A stretch of 31,292 nucleotides of DNA from Oscillospiraceae bacterium (GCA_015065395.1 SVQJ01000001.1:1-31292), one strand, 5' to 3'. Positions 1-9,725 are shown, counted from the stretch's first letter. The notes: generated by a model from the sequence alone, not told the origin. A program made the numbers and translations.

Positions 1-730
1 TGTCGCCTGTGTCTTCGTAGGGATCCTTAACGAGAGCGTCCAGGGTCTTCTTTTCATCGTCGGACATACGGTCGGAATCGATATTGAACCAACGGAGAAC
101 GGTCTGCTGTACCTCAAGCCTTGTGGTAACGAAAATTCCCAGGTTGCGAACGGATGCATCGGTATATACAGAGGATGAATGGTAAGCATCATATACCGTA
201 TAGGGGATGGTTCCGCCGATATAAAGAGAAAGCACGCATATTATATGCGTCAGCAGAATGCCCAGCGCAGTCAGACAAGGCAGGCGCCAATCCATTTTCC
301 CGAAATGTATGTAATTGAATCTTGAAAAAGTGAAAACAATGCATACGGCAACGGGAATAATGAGGACGATCAGCCCGAGAAGTGACTGAAGGATGGCAAA
401 CCATACCTGAGAAGAGAAGTTGGCGAGAGCATCGCCGCCCAGACCCACAGAGGAGATGGAAAGAAATCCTTTGAATACGGTGTAGTACACAAGATGCACG
501 CAGCACCATATACTCATTGCGGCAATAAGCACGTTGAAAACGATCTTCATGGGGAGCTTGTCTGTAAAGACTGTGGTGAAGAAAAGAACTCCTGCCAGAG
601 GAATACAGAAAGCAACGGTATATAGAAAACGAATGTCAAGTTCTCCGATAGTGAGTAATCTCAGCATCGTTTCCAGATAAAGGGGCACAGCATAGCAGAT
701 GCCGAGAGTGATAAGTCTTTTTTTCAGCAT
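1..730 (-). CDS. Polytopic membrane protein, probably the N-terminal membrane region of an LTA synthase/sulfatase family protein (partial, runs off window start)
   Basis: Not in the ORF track because no stop lies in the window. Manual translation from ATG at 730 (GGAGG RBS at 736-740) gives MLKKRLITLGICYAVPLYLETMLR... with several hydrophobic helices plus segments VHLVYYTVFKGFLSISSVG and SVRNLGIFVTTRLE, which resemble clostridial LTA synthase family N-termini. The catalytic domain is outside the window. Confidence 0.6.
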   Translation of the reverse strand, partial: MLKKRLITLGICYAVPLYLETMLRLLTIGELDIRFLYTVAFCIPLAGVLFFTTVFTDKLPMKIVFNVLIAAMSIWCCVHLVYYTVFKGFLSISSVGLGGDALANFSSQVWFAILQSLLGLIVLIIPVAVCIVFTFSRFNYIHFGKMDWRLPCLTALGILLTHIICVLSLYIGGTIPYTVYDAYHSSSVYTDASVRNLGIFVTTRLEVQQTVLRWFNIDSDRMSDDEKKTLDALVKDPYEDTGD

Positions 731-850
731 AGATACCTCCAAAATACAATCATAATTAGTGTACAACTTTTGTGTGTAAAAATCAAGAGTAAAGAGTTAA
801 CATATTTTGTTATTTGTCGAAAAAAGATTCATTTATTATGCCCAAATATG

Positions 851-879
851 TTGACAAATACCCCCAGGGGGTATATAAT
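851..879 (+). promoter_or_regulatory. Sigma-A promoter of csoR-copA
   Basis: TTGACA (851-856), 17-bp spacer, TATAAT (874-879): perfect consensus. Confidence 0.9.
858..874. promoter_or_regulatory. CsoR operator
   Basis: Perfect inverted repeat ATACCCCC-A-GGGGGTAT in the -35/-10 spacer directly upstream of csoR. Matches the C-tract/G-tract form of CsoR boxes. Confidence 0.88.
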
Positions 880-923
880 CAGAATAAAGAGCATATATGG
901 TAAATGATAGGAGTGATGCGTGC

Positions 924-1223
924 ATGGAGGAAAAATGCTGTTGCGAAAGAAAAAAGATGCGCAGTGAGGAAGAATATAAATATCTTGTAAACCGTCTGAA
1001 CCGAATAGAGGGGCAGATAAGAGGAATACGCAATATGGTGGAAAAGGACGCATATTGCACCGATATAATAATGCAGGTGAGCGCGGCGGGAGCGGCTCTG
1101 AATTCTCTGAATAAGGAGCTTCTCGCCCGTCATATAAAGACCTGCGTTGAAAATGATGTGAGGGAAGGAAAGGAGGAAAGCATAGATGAGCTTGTCAGGG
1201 TCATCGAAAAGCTCATGCGATAA
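924..1223 (+). CDS. csoR: Copper-sensing transcriptional repressor CsoR
   Basis: RLNRIEGQIRGI, YCTDII and HIKTCV give the Cys-His-Cys Cu(I) ligands. Start 924 chosen from AGGAG at 909-913; the track start is 897. Confidence 0.93.
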   Translation: MEEKCCCERKKMRSEEEYKYLVNRLNRIEGQIRGIRNMVEKDAYCTDIIMQVSAAGAALNSLNKELLARHIKTCVENDVREGKEESIDELVRVIEKLMR

Positions 1224-3729
1224 GCGTGAAAGCTATGATATAACGGGAATGAGCTGCAGTGCCTGCTCTGCCAGAGTGGAAAAGGCAGTAAGCGCAGTTT
1301 CGGGTGTCAGCTCCTGCTCGGTCAGCCTTCTCACAAATTCCATGCTCGTCAGCGGAGATGCGTCTCCCGATGCCGTGATGAAGGCAGTTGAAGCGGCGGG
1401 CTATAAGGCAAGCAGAAAGGGGGAGGCAGAGAGGAAAAGTAAAGAATCGGATGCTCTCATGGATCGGGAAACGCCCGTGCTTCGCCGCCGCCTTATATGG
1501 TCATTGGGATTTCTTTTGGTGCTCATGTATTTTTCCATGGGATATACCATGTGGAATTTTCCCTTGCCGGATTATTTTGATAAATGTCTTCCGGCGGTCG
1601 CCCTGGTGCAGATGCTTCTTGCAGCTGCGGTGATGGTTATAAATCAAAGATTCTTCATAAGCGGCTTTAAGGCGCTTTTCCACCGCTCTCCAAATATGGA
1701 CACTCTGGTGGCCATCGGATCTGCCGCCTCCTTTTTGTACAGCGTTTATCTGACCTTCAGAATGCTGTGGGGACAGAGCACGGGAGATATCCATCTCGTT
1801 CACGAGAGCCTGCACGGCCTTTATTTTGAGAGCGCGGCAATGATCTTAAGCCTTATCACCGTTGGAAAGATGCTTGAAGCACGCTCCAAGGGAAAGACCA
1901 CGGATGCAATCCGAAGCCTTATGGAGCTTTCCCCCGAGACCGCAAGGGTGATAGTTGACGGTGAGGAGAGAGAGGTGCCCGTGGAAAATGTTTCGGTGGG
2001 CGATATCTTTGTTCTCCGCGCAGGAGACCGCGTCCCCGTGGACGGAGTTATAATCGAAGGAAATTGCTCGGTGGATGAATCCTCTCTCACCGGAGAGAGC
2101 ATACCTTTGGATAAAGGCGTTAACGGTAAGGTCAGCAGCGCAACCGTGAATATTTCGGGCTACGCGCTTTGCCGCGCAGAAAGAGTGGGAGAGGATACTG
2201 CACTCTCCCAGATCATAAAGACCGTAAGGGAAAGCGCCGCAACAAAGGCACCCATAGCAAAGGCGGCGGATAAGGTTTCCGGAGTGTTCGTTCCGGCTGT
2301 TATGGCAGTGTCGCTTATAACGTTTGCTGCTTGGATGCTTCTTCGTCGGGGATTCGGCTATGCGGTGATAAAGGCCATATCCGTTCTTGTTATAAGCTGT
2401 CCCTGTGCTCTCGGCCTTGCAACTCCCGTGGCAATTATGGTCGCAAGCGGAAAGGGGGCAAAGGGAGGAATACTTTTCAAAACCGCCCAGGCTCTTGAGG
2501 AAACGGGAAGAGCTCATATCGTGGTTCTTGATAAAACAGGAACCGTCACAAAGGGGGAGCCAAGCGTAACCGATATCGTTAGTGCACCCGGATACGGTGA
2601 AAGGGAGCTTCTTTCCTACGCTTATTCTGTGGAAAGCAAAAGCGAGCATCCTCTGGCTTTCGCAGTGGTGAAGGCCGGTGCCAAAAGGAATGCGGAGCTT
2701 TTGGCAAGCGATGGTTTCGAAACGCTTGTGGGTAACGGAGTTCGTGCTTTTGTAAACGGAGAAACAGTGCGCGGGGGAAGCCTTGCCCATATTGAAGGCG
2801 TCGTCAAAGTGGACGAAGATATGAGAAGGAAAGCGCAAGAGCTTGCATCGCAGGGGAAAACTCCGCTGCTTTTTGCAAAGGGCGACAGCCTTTTGGGAAT
2901 TGTTGCCGTTGCTGATGAGGTGAAGTCAGACAGCCGCTCTGCGGTATCAGCCCTTCGCAAAATGGGCCTTAGAGTGGTGATGCTCACGGGCGATAATGAA
3001 CGAACAGCCAAAGCAGTTGCAGCCGCAGTGGAGATCGATGAGGTAATCGCGGGAGTCCTTCCCGATGAAAAGGCACGCAAGGTAAAGCTCTTAAGGGAAG
3101 AGGGCAAGGTGATAATGGTGGGAGACGGTATAAACGATGCTCCTGCCCTCGCCGGTGCGGATATTGGAATGGCAATAGGTGCCGGAACCGATATCGCAAT
3201 AGATGCGGCGGATGTTGTTCTGATGAACAGCTCTCTTTCGGATGTGGCGGCGGCAATAAGGCTCAGCCGCAGAGCTCTCAGAAATATCCACGAGAATCTT
3301 TTTTGGGCATTCGTGTACAATGCAGTGGGGATCCCTCTTGCGGCAGGTGCCCTTGCATGGCTCGGCCTTTCCTTGAGCCCTATGTTTGCGGCTCTGGCGA
3401 TGAGCCTTTCAAGCTTCTGCGTGGTCACCAATGCATTGCGCCTGAATCTTGTTGATATACATTCTCCCAAAGGGGATAGAAAAGGAAAAACAAATAAAGG
3501 ATCAAAGGAGAAAAAGCAAATGAAAAGAACCGTTAAGATCGAAGGAATGATGTGCCCCCATTGCGAGGCAAGAGTGAAGAAGTGCCTGGAGGAGCTTAGC
3601 CAGGTCGCAGAGGCCATAGTGAGTCACGAGAAGGGCACTGCAGACCTTACTCTCGTATCGGAAATTTCCGATGCAAAGCTTAAGGAAACGGTAGAAGCTC
3701 AAGGATATAGCGTTCTTTCCATAGAATAA
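1186..3729 (+). CDS. copA: Cu(I)-translocating P1B-type ATPase with N- and C-terminal HMA domains
   Basis: GMSCSAC, TGES, CPC, DKTGT, HP, GDGIND, YN and MSLSS motifs; C-terminal GMMCPHC HMA domain; AGGAGG at 1171-1176. Confidence 0.96.
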   Translation: MSLSGSSKSSCDKRESYDITGMSCSACSARVEKAVSAVSGVSSCSVSLLTNSMLVSGDASPDAVMKAVEAAGYKASRKGEAERKSKESDALMDRETPVLRRRLIWSLGFLLVLMYFSMGYTMWNFPLPDYFDKCLPAVALVQMLLAAAVMVINQRFFISGFKALFHRSPNMDTLVAIGSAASFLYSVYLTFRMLWGQSTGDIHLVHESLHGLYFESAAMILSLITVGKMLEARSKGKTTDAIRSLMELSPETARVIVDGEEREVPVENVSVGDIFVLRAGDRVPVDGVIIEGNCSVDESSLTGESIPLDKGVNGKVSSATVNISGYALCRAERVGEDTALSQIIKTVRESAATKAPIAKAADKVSGVFVPAVMAVSLITFAAWMLLRRGFGYAVIKAISVLVISCPCALGLATPVAIMVASGKGAKGGILFKTAQALEETGRAHIVVLDKTGTVTKGEPSVTDIVSAPGYGERELLSYAYSVESKSEHPLAFAVVKAGAKRNAELLASDGFETLVGNGVRAFVNGETVRGGSLAHIEGVVKVDEDMRRKAQELASQGKTPLLFAKGDSLLGIVAVADEVKSDSRSAVSALRKMGLRVVMLTGDNERTAKAVAAAVEIDEVIAGVLPDEKARKVKLLREEGKVIMVGDGINDAPALAGADIGMAIGAGTDIAIDAADVVLMNSSLSDVAAAIRLSRRALRNIHENLFWAFVYNAVGIPLAAGALAWLGLSLSPMFAALAMSLSSFCVVTNALRLNLVDIHSPKGDRKGKTNKGSKEKKQMKRTVKIEGMMCPHCEARVKKCLEELSQVAEAIVSHEKGTADLTLVSEISDAKLKETVEAQGYSVLSIE

Positions 3730-3833
3730 GGGAATTTTTGAGCAATTTTCATAACAAAATGCCCTAAAATACCTAATATTGTACCAAAAAATTTATTTAT
3801 CGGGGCAAATTTTGAGAAAATAAGAAAAACTAC

Positions 3834-3862
3834 TTGATTTTGCTTTTTTTCTCTGTTATAAT
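3834..3862 (+). promoter_or_regulatory. Sigma-A promoter of ptsH
   Basis: TTGATT, 17-bp spacer, extended TG-n-TATAAT. Confidence 0.7.
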
Positions 3863-3917
3863 TAAGCAAATATTAGCCGAGGTACTCGGTATATAATTCG
3901 ACTCAGGAGTAGTTAAG

Positions 3918-4181
3918 ATGGTTTCACGCGAAGTAACTATAAAAAACAATGTAGGTCTCCATGCCAGACCCGCAACTTTCTTTATTCAGAAGGCAAACTC
4001 TTTTAAGAGCTCTATTTGGGTTGAGAGAGAGGATCGCAGAATCAATGCGAAGAGTCTCCTCGGTGTTCTTTCCCTCGGTATCGTTAAGGGTATGAACATT
4101 ACCATTATTGCTGACGGTCAGGACGAGAATGAGGCTGTAGAGGGTCTCGCTGCATTGATCGACACAGGCTTCAGCGAATAA
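3918..4181 (+). CDS. ptsH: Phosphocarrier protein HPr
   Basis: GLHARPA (His15 site) and NAKSLLGVLSL (Ser46 site); 87 aa. Confidence 0.96.
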   Translation: MVSREVTIKNNVGLHARPATFFIQKANSFKSSIWVEREDRRINAKSLLGVLSLGIVKGMNITIIADGQDENEAVEGLAALIDTGFSE

Positions 4182-4204
4182 TCAAAAGAACTTTGATCGA
4201 AGCG

Positions 4205-4228
4205 GCCGCCCTTTTGGGGCGGCTTTTT
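4205..4228 (+). terminator. Intrinsic terminator after ptsH
   Basis: GCCGCCC-TTTTG-GGGCGGC followed by TTTTT. Confidence 0.75.
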
Positions 4229-4266
4229 GCTTAACGGATATTTGCAAAAAAGGATCGGAAGAAAAG

Positions 4267-6132
4267 ATGGCAAAAGAGAGCACAATAGAATATCTGAGAA
4301 AAAAAGCGGCTCTCCTGCCCAAAACGCCCGGCGTTTATATTATGGAGAATAGGGAGGGCAAGGTCATTTACGTGGGCAAATCGAGAGCCCTTAAAAACCG
4401 TGTCAGCTCCTATTTTCACGGATCCCATAACGTAAAGACCGAAAAAATGGTCTCGAACGTTTCGGATTTCAGATATATCACCTGCGATACGGAGCTTGAA
4501 GCTTTGGTGCTTGAAAATAATCTCATAAAGCAGTATACTCCCAAATACAATATCCTTCTGAAGGATGCTAAATCATATCCCTATATATGGGTCACTACCC
4601 ATGAGGAGTATCCGAGAGTGGTGCTGTCAAGAAAAAGAACACAGAAGGGTACGTTTTTCGGTCCATATTCCGGCGCAGGCACGGTAAACGGAGTTATCGG
4701 GACCATAGAGCGCACGTTGGGGCTTCCGTCCTGCAGGCGTCGATTCCCCGATGATATTGGGAAGGGCAGGCCCTGTGTGTACCGACAGATCGGAAGATGC
4801 TGCGGAGTTTGCGCGGGGGACGTGAGCCGTGAGGAGTACGGTGAGCTTATTAAATGCGCCATCCAGCTTCTCCGCGGAAACACACAGGATGTAGAAAAGG
4901 CGCTTTATGAGCGTATGGCAGATGCGGCGGAGAATGAACGATTTGAGGAGGCGGCAAGGTGCCGCGACGGAATAAAGGCTTTGGAAAAGCTTTCCGAAAA
5001 GCAAAAGACCCAGCTGTCCCCCGATATAAATTGCGATGTGGTAGCTCTTGCCACCCACGAGGGGTGTGACTGCGCCGCGGTGCTGTATATCAGAGGCGGT
5101 ATTATATGTGACAGCGAGTATTTCATGTTCGGTGCAGATGAGATAACCGGCGAGGGCGAGGATAGCTCGGAAAGTCCCTTTGCCGCTTTTATAGTCAATC
5201 TGTATACGGCGAGAGAGGATATCCCGAAAGAGATCCTGCTTTCCTTTGAGATGTCTGATGAGGACAGAGCCGCCTGCGAGGAGTTTCTTTCCTCAAAGGC
5301 AGGAAGACGGATAAGCATTCGCACTCCTCAAAGGGGAGAAGGGCGAAAGCTCTGCCTTATGGCACATACCGATGCTGTGCGCCATAGTGAGACTCGAAGA
5401 AAAAGAGAGGATACGGATGAAAAGCTTCTCGCTCTTCTTGCGTCTGTTCTTTCTCTGGAGGTCCTGCCCGAAAGGATCGAGGCGTACGATATCTCAAATC
5501 TCGGCAGCGAGCATATCACCGCGGGCATGATCGTTTCCGAGAGGGCGAAGCTGAAAAAATCCGATTACAGATACTTCCGCATAAAGGAGCTTCAGGGACA
5601 GGATGATTACGGGGCTATGCGGGACATGATGGAGAGAAGACTGTCCCATCTCTCGGATGATGAGGATAGCTCTTTTTCCAGGACGCCGGACCTGATCCTT
5701 TTGGACGGCGGCAGTACCCATGTGGGAGTGGTAAAGGAGGTAATAAGAGCGCGCGGGCTTGATATCCCCGTTTTCGGAATGGTGAAGGATTCTCACCATA
5801 AAACAAGAACTCTGGTTACCGAAAGTGAAGAAATAAGCATCGCAAGGGAAGCGGAGATATTCAGATTTATATATAAATTGCAGGAGGAGGTCCATCGCTT
5901 TACGGTTTCCAGGATGACACAAGCAAAGCGAAAGACTATGAAGACCTCATCCCTTGAAAATATAAAGGGGATCGGGCCTGCAAAGGCAAAAAGACTCCTT
6001 TCCAATTTCAATACCTTGGCAGAGCTGAAAAAAGCCGATGTTGAGGAAATACGAACCGTCGGCCGCGTCAGCGAAGGGGATGCGAGGGCGGTATATGACT
6101 ACTTTCATAAGGAAAAGGCGGAAAATAAATGA
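4267..6132 (+). CDS. uvrC: Excinuclease ABC subunit C
   Basis: GIY-YIG domain (PGVY...IYVGKSRALKNRV), Cys cluster, UVR motif (ERFEEAARCRD), RNase H-like domain (IEAYDISN, LILLDGG) and C-terminal HhH (IKGIGP). Confidence 0.96.
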   Translation: MAKESTIEYLRKKAALLPKTPGVYIMENREGKVIYVGKSRALKNRVSSYFHGSHNVKTEKMVSNVSDFRYITCDTELEALVLENNLIKQYTPKYNILLKDAKSYPYIWVTTHEEYPRVVLSRKRTQKGTFFGPYSGAGTVNGVIGTIERTLGLPSCRRRFPDDIGKGRPCVYRQIGRCCGVCAGDVSREEYGELIKCAIQLLRGNTQDVEKALYERMADAAENERFEEAARCRDGIKALEKLSEKQKTQLSPDINCDVVALATHEGCDCAAVLYIRGGIICDSEYFMFGADEITGEGEDSSESPFAAFIVNLYTAREDIPKEILLSFEMSDEDRAACEEFLSSKAGRRISIRTPQRGEGRKLCLMAHTDAVRHSETRRKREDTDEKLLALLASVLSLEVLPERIEAYDISNLGSEHITAGMIVSERAKLKKSDYRYFRIKELQGQDDYGAMRDMMERRLSHLSDDEDSSFSRTPDLILLDGGSTHVGVVKEVIRARGLDIPVFGMVKDSHHKTRTLVTESEEISIAREAEIFRFIYKLQEEVHRFTVSRMTQAKRKTMKTSSLENIKGIGPAKAKRLLSNFNTLAELKKADVEEIRTVGRVSEGDARAVYDYFHKEKAENK

Positions 6133-6752
6133 GAATAATAACAGGAAGCGCAAGGGGATGCGTTCTGGATACCCTTGAAGGAGAAAACACAAGGCCCACA
6201 TCTGACAGAGCGAAGGAAGCTCTCTTTTCCATGATCCAGTTCGATATCGAGGGCAGAAGGGTGCTTGATCTTTTTGCGGGAAGCGGCCAGTTGGGCTTGG
6301 AGGCGCTCAGCCGAAATGCTGCCTCGTGCGTGTTTATAGACGAGGCAAGGGAGGCTGTGAATATAGTTTTGGCAAATGCCAAAAAAGCTAAGCTTTTTGA
6401 CAAATGCAGAATATCCACAGGAACCCACGCTTCATATCTCACCAACGCCCGTGGAAAGGAAGGCTTTGACCTTATTTTTCTCGATCCCCCATACGCATCG
6501 GACTATGTTTCCCAGTCTCTTGAGCTGATAGACAGCGGAGAGCTGCTGAACGCAGGGGGCAGGATCGTCTGCGAGACCGATAACGGCACACAGCCGGTGA
6601 AAAAGAAGGATCTGAAGGACCCCGCATACCATGAAAAAGAGGTCCTGAGACAGGTGTTTTCGGGGAAGATAGAGCTTTTTGAAAAATATACCGTGGTAAA
6701 AACAGCGCTGTACGGAAGAAGCCGGATAACTCTCCTGGAAAGCGCGAAATGA
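6129..6752 (+). CDS. rsmD: 16S rRNA m2G966 methyltransferase RsmD
   Basis: MRIITG, TRPTSDRAKEALF, VLDLFAGSGQLGLEALSR and FLDPPY motifs; ATGA overlap with uvrC. Confidence 0.93.
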   Translation: MRIITGSARGCVLDTLEGENTRPTSDRAKEALFSMIQFDIEGRRVLDLFAGSGQLGLEALSRNAASCVFIDEAREAVNIVLANAKKAKLFDKCRISTGTHASYLTNARGKEGFDLIFLDPPYASDYVSQSLELIDSGELLNAGGRIVCETDNGTQPVKKKDLKDPAYHEKEVLRQVFSGKIELFEKYTVVKTALYGRSRITLLESAK

Positions 6753-7252
6753 GGTTTGAAATGAAAAAGATCGCAATGCTTCCAGGGAGCTATGATCCCG
6801 TAACTCTCGGTCACGTTGACGTTATAAGACGTGCGGCGAGGATATTTGACAGCGTCCATGCGGTGGTTATGATAAATGCCGAAAAGGCGGGATCGGGAAT
6901 GTTTTTGCCCGATGAGCGCCTTGAAATACTCCGGTGCGCCTGCAGGGATATACCTAATGCAAAATGCGCTCTGTGCTACGGACTTGCCTCTGATTATGCC
7001 GAGGAGAACGGCGTATCGTTTATTGCGAAGGGTATCAGAAATCCCACGGATTTTGATTACGAGTACGGGCTTGCTCAGATAATGAAGAAATTTTCAGAAG
7101 GAATCGAAACGGTCTTCCTTCCTGCAGACCCTTCATATTTATATATAAGCTCCACTTATGCAAGGGAAAGGATCCGCCACGGATGCGATCTTTCAGACGT
7201 GGCAGACGCTGAAACGGCAAGTCTGATAGAGGAACTATTCAGAAAAAAATGA
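6749..7252 (+). CDS. coaD: Phosphopantetheine adenylyltransferase
   Basis: PGSYDPVTLGH, KGIRNPTDFDYE and ISST motifs; follows rsmD as usual. The start may instead be 6761. Confidence 0.95.
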   Translation: MRFEMKKIAMLPGSYDPVTLGHVDVIRRAARIFDSVHAVVMINAEKAGSGMFLPDERLEILRCACRDIPNAKCALCYGLASDYAEENGVSFIAKGIRNPTDFDYEYGLAQIMKKFSEGIETVFLPADPSYLYISSTYARERIRHGCDLSDVADAETASLIEELFRKK

Positions 7253-7343
7253 TGGAAAACGGAAAATTATTCCATTATGGTAAACGGTTTGTTAAAAGCG
7301 TGAAAAAAGGAAAAAATATCTTTGAATAATCCTGTAATAGCTA

Positions 7344-7372
7344 TTGACAAAGTAAGCATAAATGGGTAGAAT
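7344..7372 (+). promoter_or_regulatory. Sigma-A promoter of the surface-protein gene
   Basis: TTGACA, 17-bp spacer, TAGAAT. Confidence 0.75.
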
Positions 7373-7435
7373 ATAGTAAATAAGGCTGAAAAAGTGCGTG
7401 TCACACAGCTTTGAATTTTTTTGGAGGTTTACACA

Positions 7436-9712
7436 ATGAAAAAGACACTTTCGCTTGTTATGGTAGTGGCAATGCTCCTTTCTGCTTGTGCATTTGCTAT
7501 TCCCGCAAGCGCAGCTGCAACTGCTGTGAACATTGAGTATTACAACGCTCTCCAGTTCACAACTCCCCCCACCATTGACGGTTATATTTCCGTAGAGGAG
7601 TGGGGCGATGACGGCGATAATTCTATCGTTGTATGGGCGTCCGACTGTGCAACAGTTGATGACCGTACCCCCTATTCCCGTTTCTTCTATAACAGAGTAA
7701 ATGCTACAGACAGAAGCGAATACGGTAGCTTTGAGTATCAGGTATGGTTCCGTTATGACCTTAACAACTTCTATATCGGCGTTAAGGTAACAGATCCTGA
7801 TATCCACTCTCTCAAGTACGGTACAACCGATGCTTGGAACGGTGACGCAGTACAGATCCGCGTAGACAAGGGCGGTGCTAACGCAGCTTCTTACGGCGCT
7901 GACTTCGTATGGAGCAGCGATATTCAGAAGCCCTGGAGCTCTGAGCAGGTTCCCGATATGATCTTCGGTTACGTTGAGATCGCAGGTGGCTTCTCAGAGG
8001 CATGGGAAAATACCGCTAACAAGGGTATGACATCCTTCTCCAAGAACCCCCTCGGCGTTGCACAGTGCGTAGTAGCACCTGCAGGCTCCAGCTATTCCAC
8101 CGATACCCAGTCCGGCATCACCACATACGAGGTTGCTGTTCCTTGGGCTTACATCTTCAACGGCGAGCTTACAGCTCTTCTTCCCGTTAACTACAGACCC
8201 GGCCGTGGCGACGCTGCTAAGGGTGCATACGGCAGAGAGCTTGGTGTTTCCGTTGCAGTTCTTAACGACGGTAACGATAACATCGCGGGCTACGATGCAT
8301 TCATGGCATGGGGCTCCGGTATCTGCGGCGCACATCAGGAGCAGGGCTCCGCATCTGTTACAGGTTCTAACGCAGTAACTCTTGTTGAGCAGGCTGTAAA
8401 CCAGGTAGCAGGCTACAAGACCTATAATCCTTCTTCTCTCCTCGATGCTAAGTTCAGCCAGGAGAATATCGACGATCCCAACGTATTCTACGATTACCTT
8501 GGCGGCGATATCAACAAGGCAAACAAGGTTTCCTACGATAAGCTCACAACCATTACATACGACAACGGCGGTAACGACCTTACTCTCTGGGGTGCTCCCG
8601 AGTACGGCGGAACCATCGGTAACCTTGGCGGCGATCACGGTAACGTTCTTGACTACACCAAGGCTGATGAGGACAACGTTCAGACCTATATCGATACCCG
8701 TGACGGTGATTTCGAGTATCTCTATCCCACATCCTTCACATTCGAGTTTGATATCATGTACACAGGTACAAACTCCTTTGCTGACGGCTATGAGCCTTCT
8801 CTCTATAACTGGTTCGGCGGTGCCGGCGGTTATGCATATCAGTGCGGCTACTTCTTCAACGATAACATGTTCAAGATCGTAAACTCCAACGATCCCCTTG
8901 ATGTTCTTGCTAAGTTCAGCTATGACTTCAAGAAGGACAACTGGTACAACTGGAAGTTCCAGTTCGATAACGAATCCTGCACAGCTCGTCTCTGGATCGA
9001 TGACCTCTCCACTGAGGCTGATAACAAGGAGAGCGGCACAGCAGGTTCTCCCGGTTACACCGGCGAGTGGGGTACTCTCGTATTCAACACCTCTTGGAGA
9101 TATTTCTATTACTCCGCTGAGAAAGCTCGCGAAGAGGGTACACTCCTTCTGTTCAGACAGATGAACACTCAGGTAGCTTACGATAACGTTAAGATCTACA
9201 ACTTCGCAAGCGTTACCGATGTATATGTTCCCGATGAGAACAAGACTCCCGGCGGCAGCACTAACATTGAGCAGTCCGGTGGTAGCAACATTGGTACCGA
9301 TAATGCTCAGAAGCAGGACGGCGTATGGACAATTCCCGTAAACGTAGCTAAGGAGTATCTCTCCGCAACCAAGCTTTCCTTCACAGTTAAGTTTGATAGC
9401 ACAAAAGCTAAGTTTGCAGGCGTTGAAGGCCTCAATGAGGGCACCTACACAGCAGAAGAGGTAGCACCCGGTGAGTATCTCATCACTATTACCGACTTTG
9501 CTCAGGTTAAGGCTCTTAAGGCAGGCGATAAGTTCTTCAATATCAAGCTTGAGTCTGAGGTTGAGGCTATCGCAGATCTCGCTCTTGATCTTACCGATGC
9601 TTACACCTACAGAAATACCGGCGACGGAATGATGTTCATTCTCATTGCTGTTGCAGTATCTGTTCTCGGATGCGCAATCATCATCCGCAAGAGAAGATCT
9701 GTACAGGGCTAA
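7436..9712 (+). CDS. Secreted, cell-surface-anchored multidomain protein (CBM9/DOMON-like domain, beta-rich middle domain, cohesin-like domain, NTGD-TM-basic tail)
   Basis: GGAGG at 7423-7427. Sec signal peptide MKKTLSLV...ASA. PTIDG, WFRYDLNNFYIGVKVTD, WNGDAVQI and TYEVAVPW are typical of CBM9-like sugar-binding domains. C-terminus is NTGD, a hydrophobic helix, then RKRR. Strong codon bias. Confidence 0.8.
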   Translation: MKKTLSLVMVVAMLLSACAFAIPASAAATAVNIEYYNALQFTTPPTIDGYISVEEWGDDGDNSIVVWASDCATVDDRTPYSRFFYNRVNATDRSEYGSFEYQVWFRYDLNNFYIGVKVTDPDIHSLKYGTTDAWNGDAVQIRVDKGGANAASYGADFVWSSDIQKPWSSEQVPDMIFGYVEIAGGFSEAWENTANKGMTSFSKNPLGVAQCVVAPAGSSYSTDTQSGITTYEVAVPWAYIFNGELTALLPVNYRPGRGDAAKGAYGRELGVSVAVLNDGNDNIAGYDAFMAWGSGICGAHQEQGSASVTGSNAVTLVEQAVNQVAGYKTYNPSSLLDAKFSQENIDDPNVFYDYLGGDINKANKVSYDKLTTITYDNGGNDLTLWGAPEYGGTIGNLGGDHGNVLDYTKADEDNVQTYIDTRDGDFEYLYPTSFTFEFDIMYTGTNSFADGYEPSLYNWFGGAGGYAYQCGYFFNDNMFKIVNSNDPLDVLAKFSYDFKKDNWYNWKFQFDNESCTARLWIDDLSTEADNKESGTAGSPGYTGEWGTLVFNTSWRYFYYSAEKAREEGTLLLFRQMNTQVAYDNVKIYNFASVTDVYVPDENKTPGGSTNIEQSGGSNIGTDNAQKQDGVWTIPVNVAKEYLSATKLSFTVKFDSTKAKFAGVEGLNEGTYTAEEVAPGEYLITITDFAQVKALKAGDKFFNIKLESEVEAIADLALDLTDAYTYRNTGDGMMFILIAVAVSVLGCAIIIRKRRSVQG

Positions 9713-9725
9713 TTAAAGCTATCAG

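Noticed and set aside
7275-7310. Possible cre (CcpA) site upstream of the surface-protein promoter
   Set aside because: The central CG and flanking TG/CA cannot be placed in the consensus spacing.
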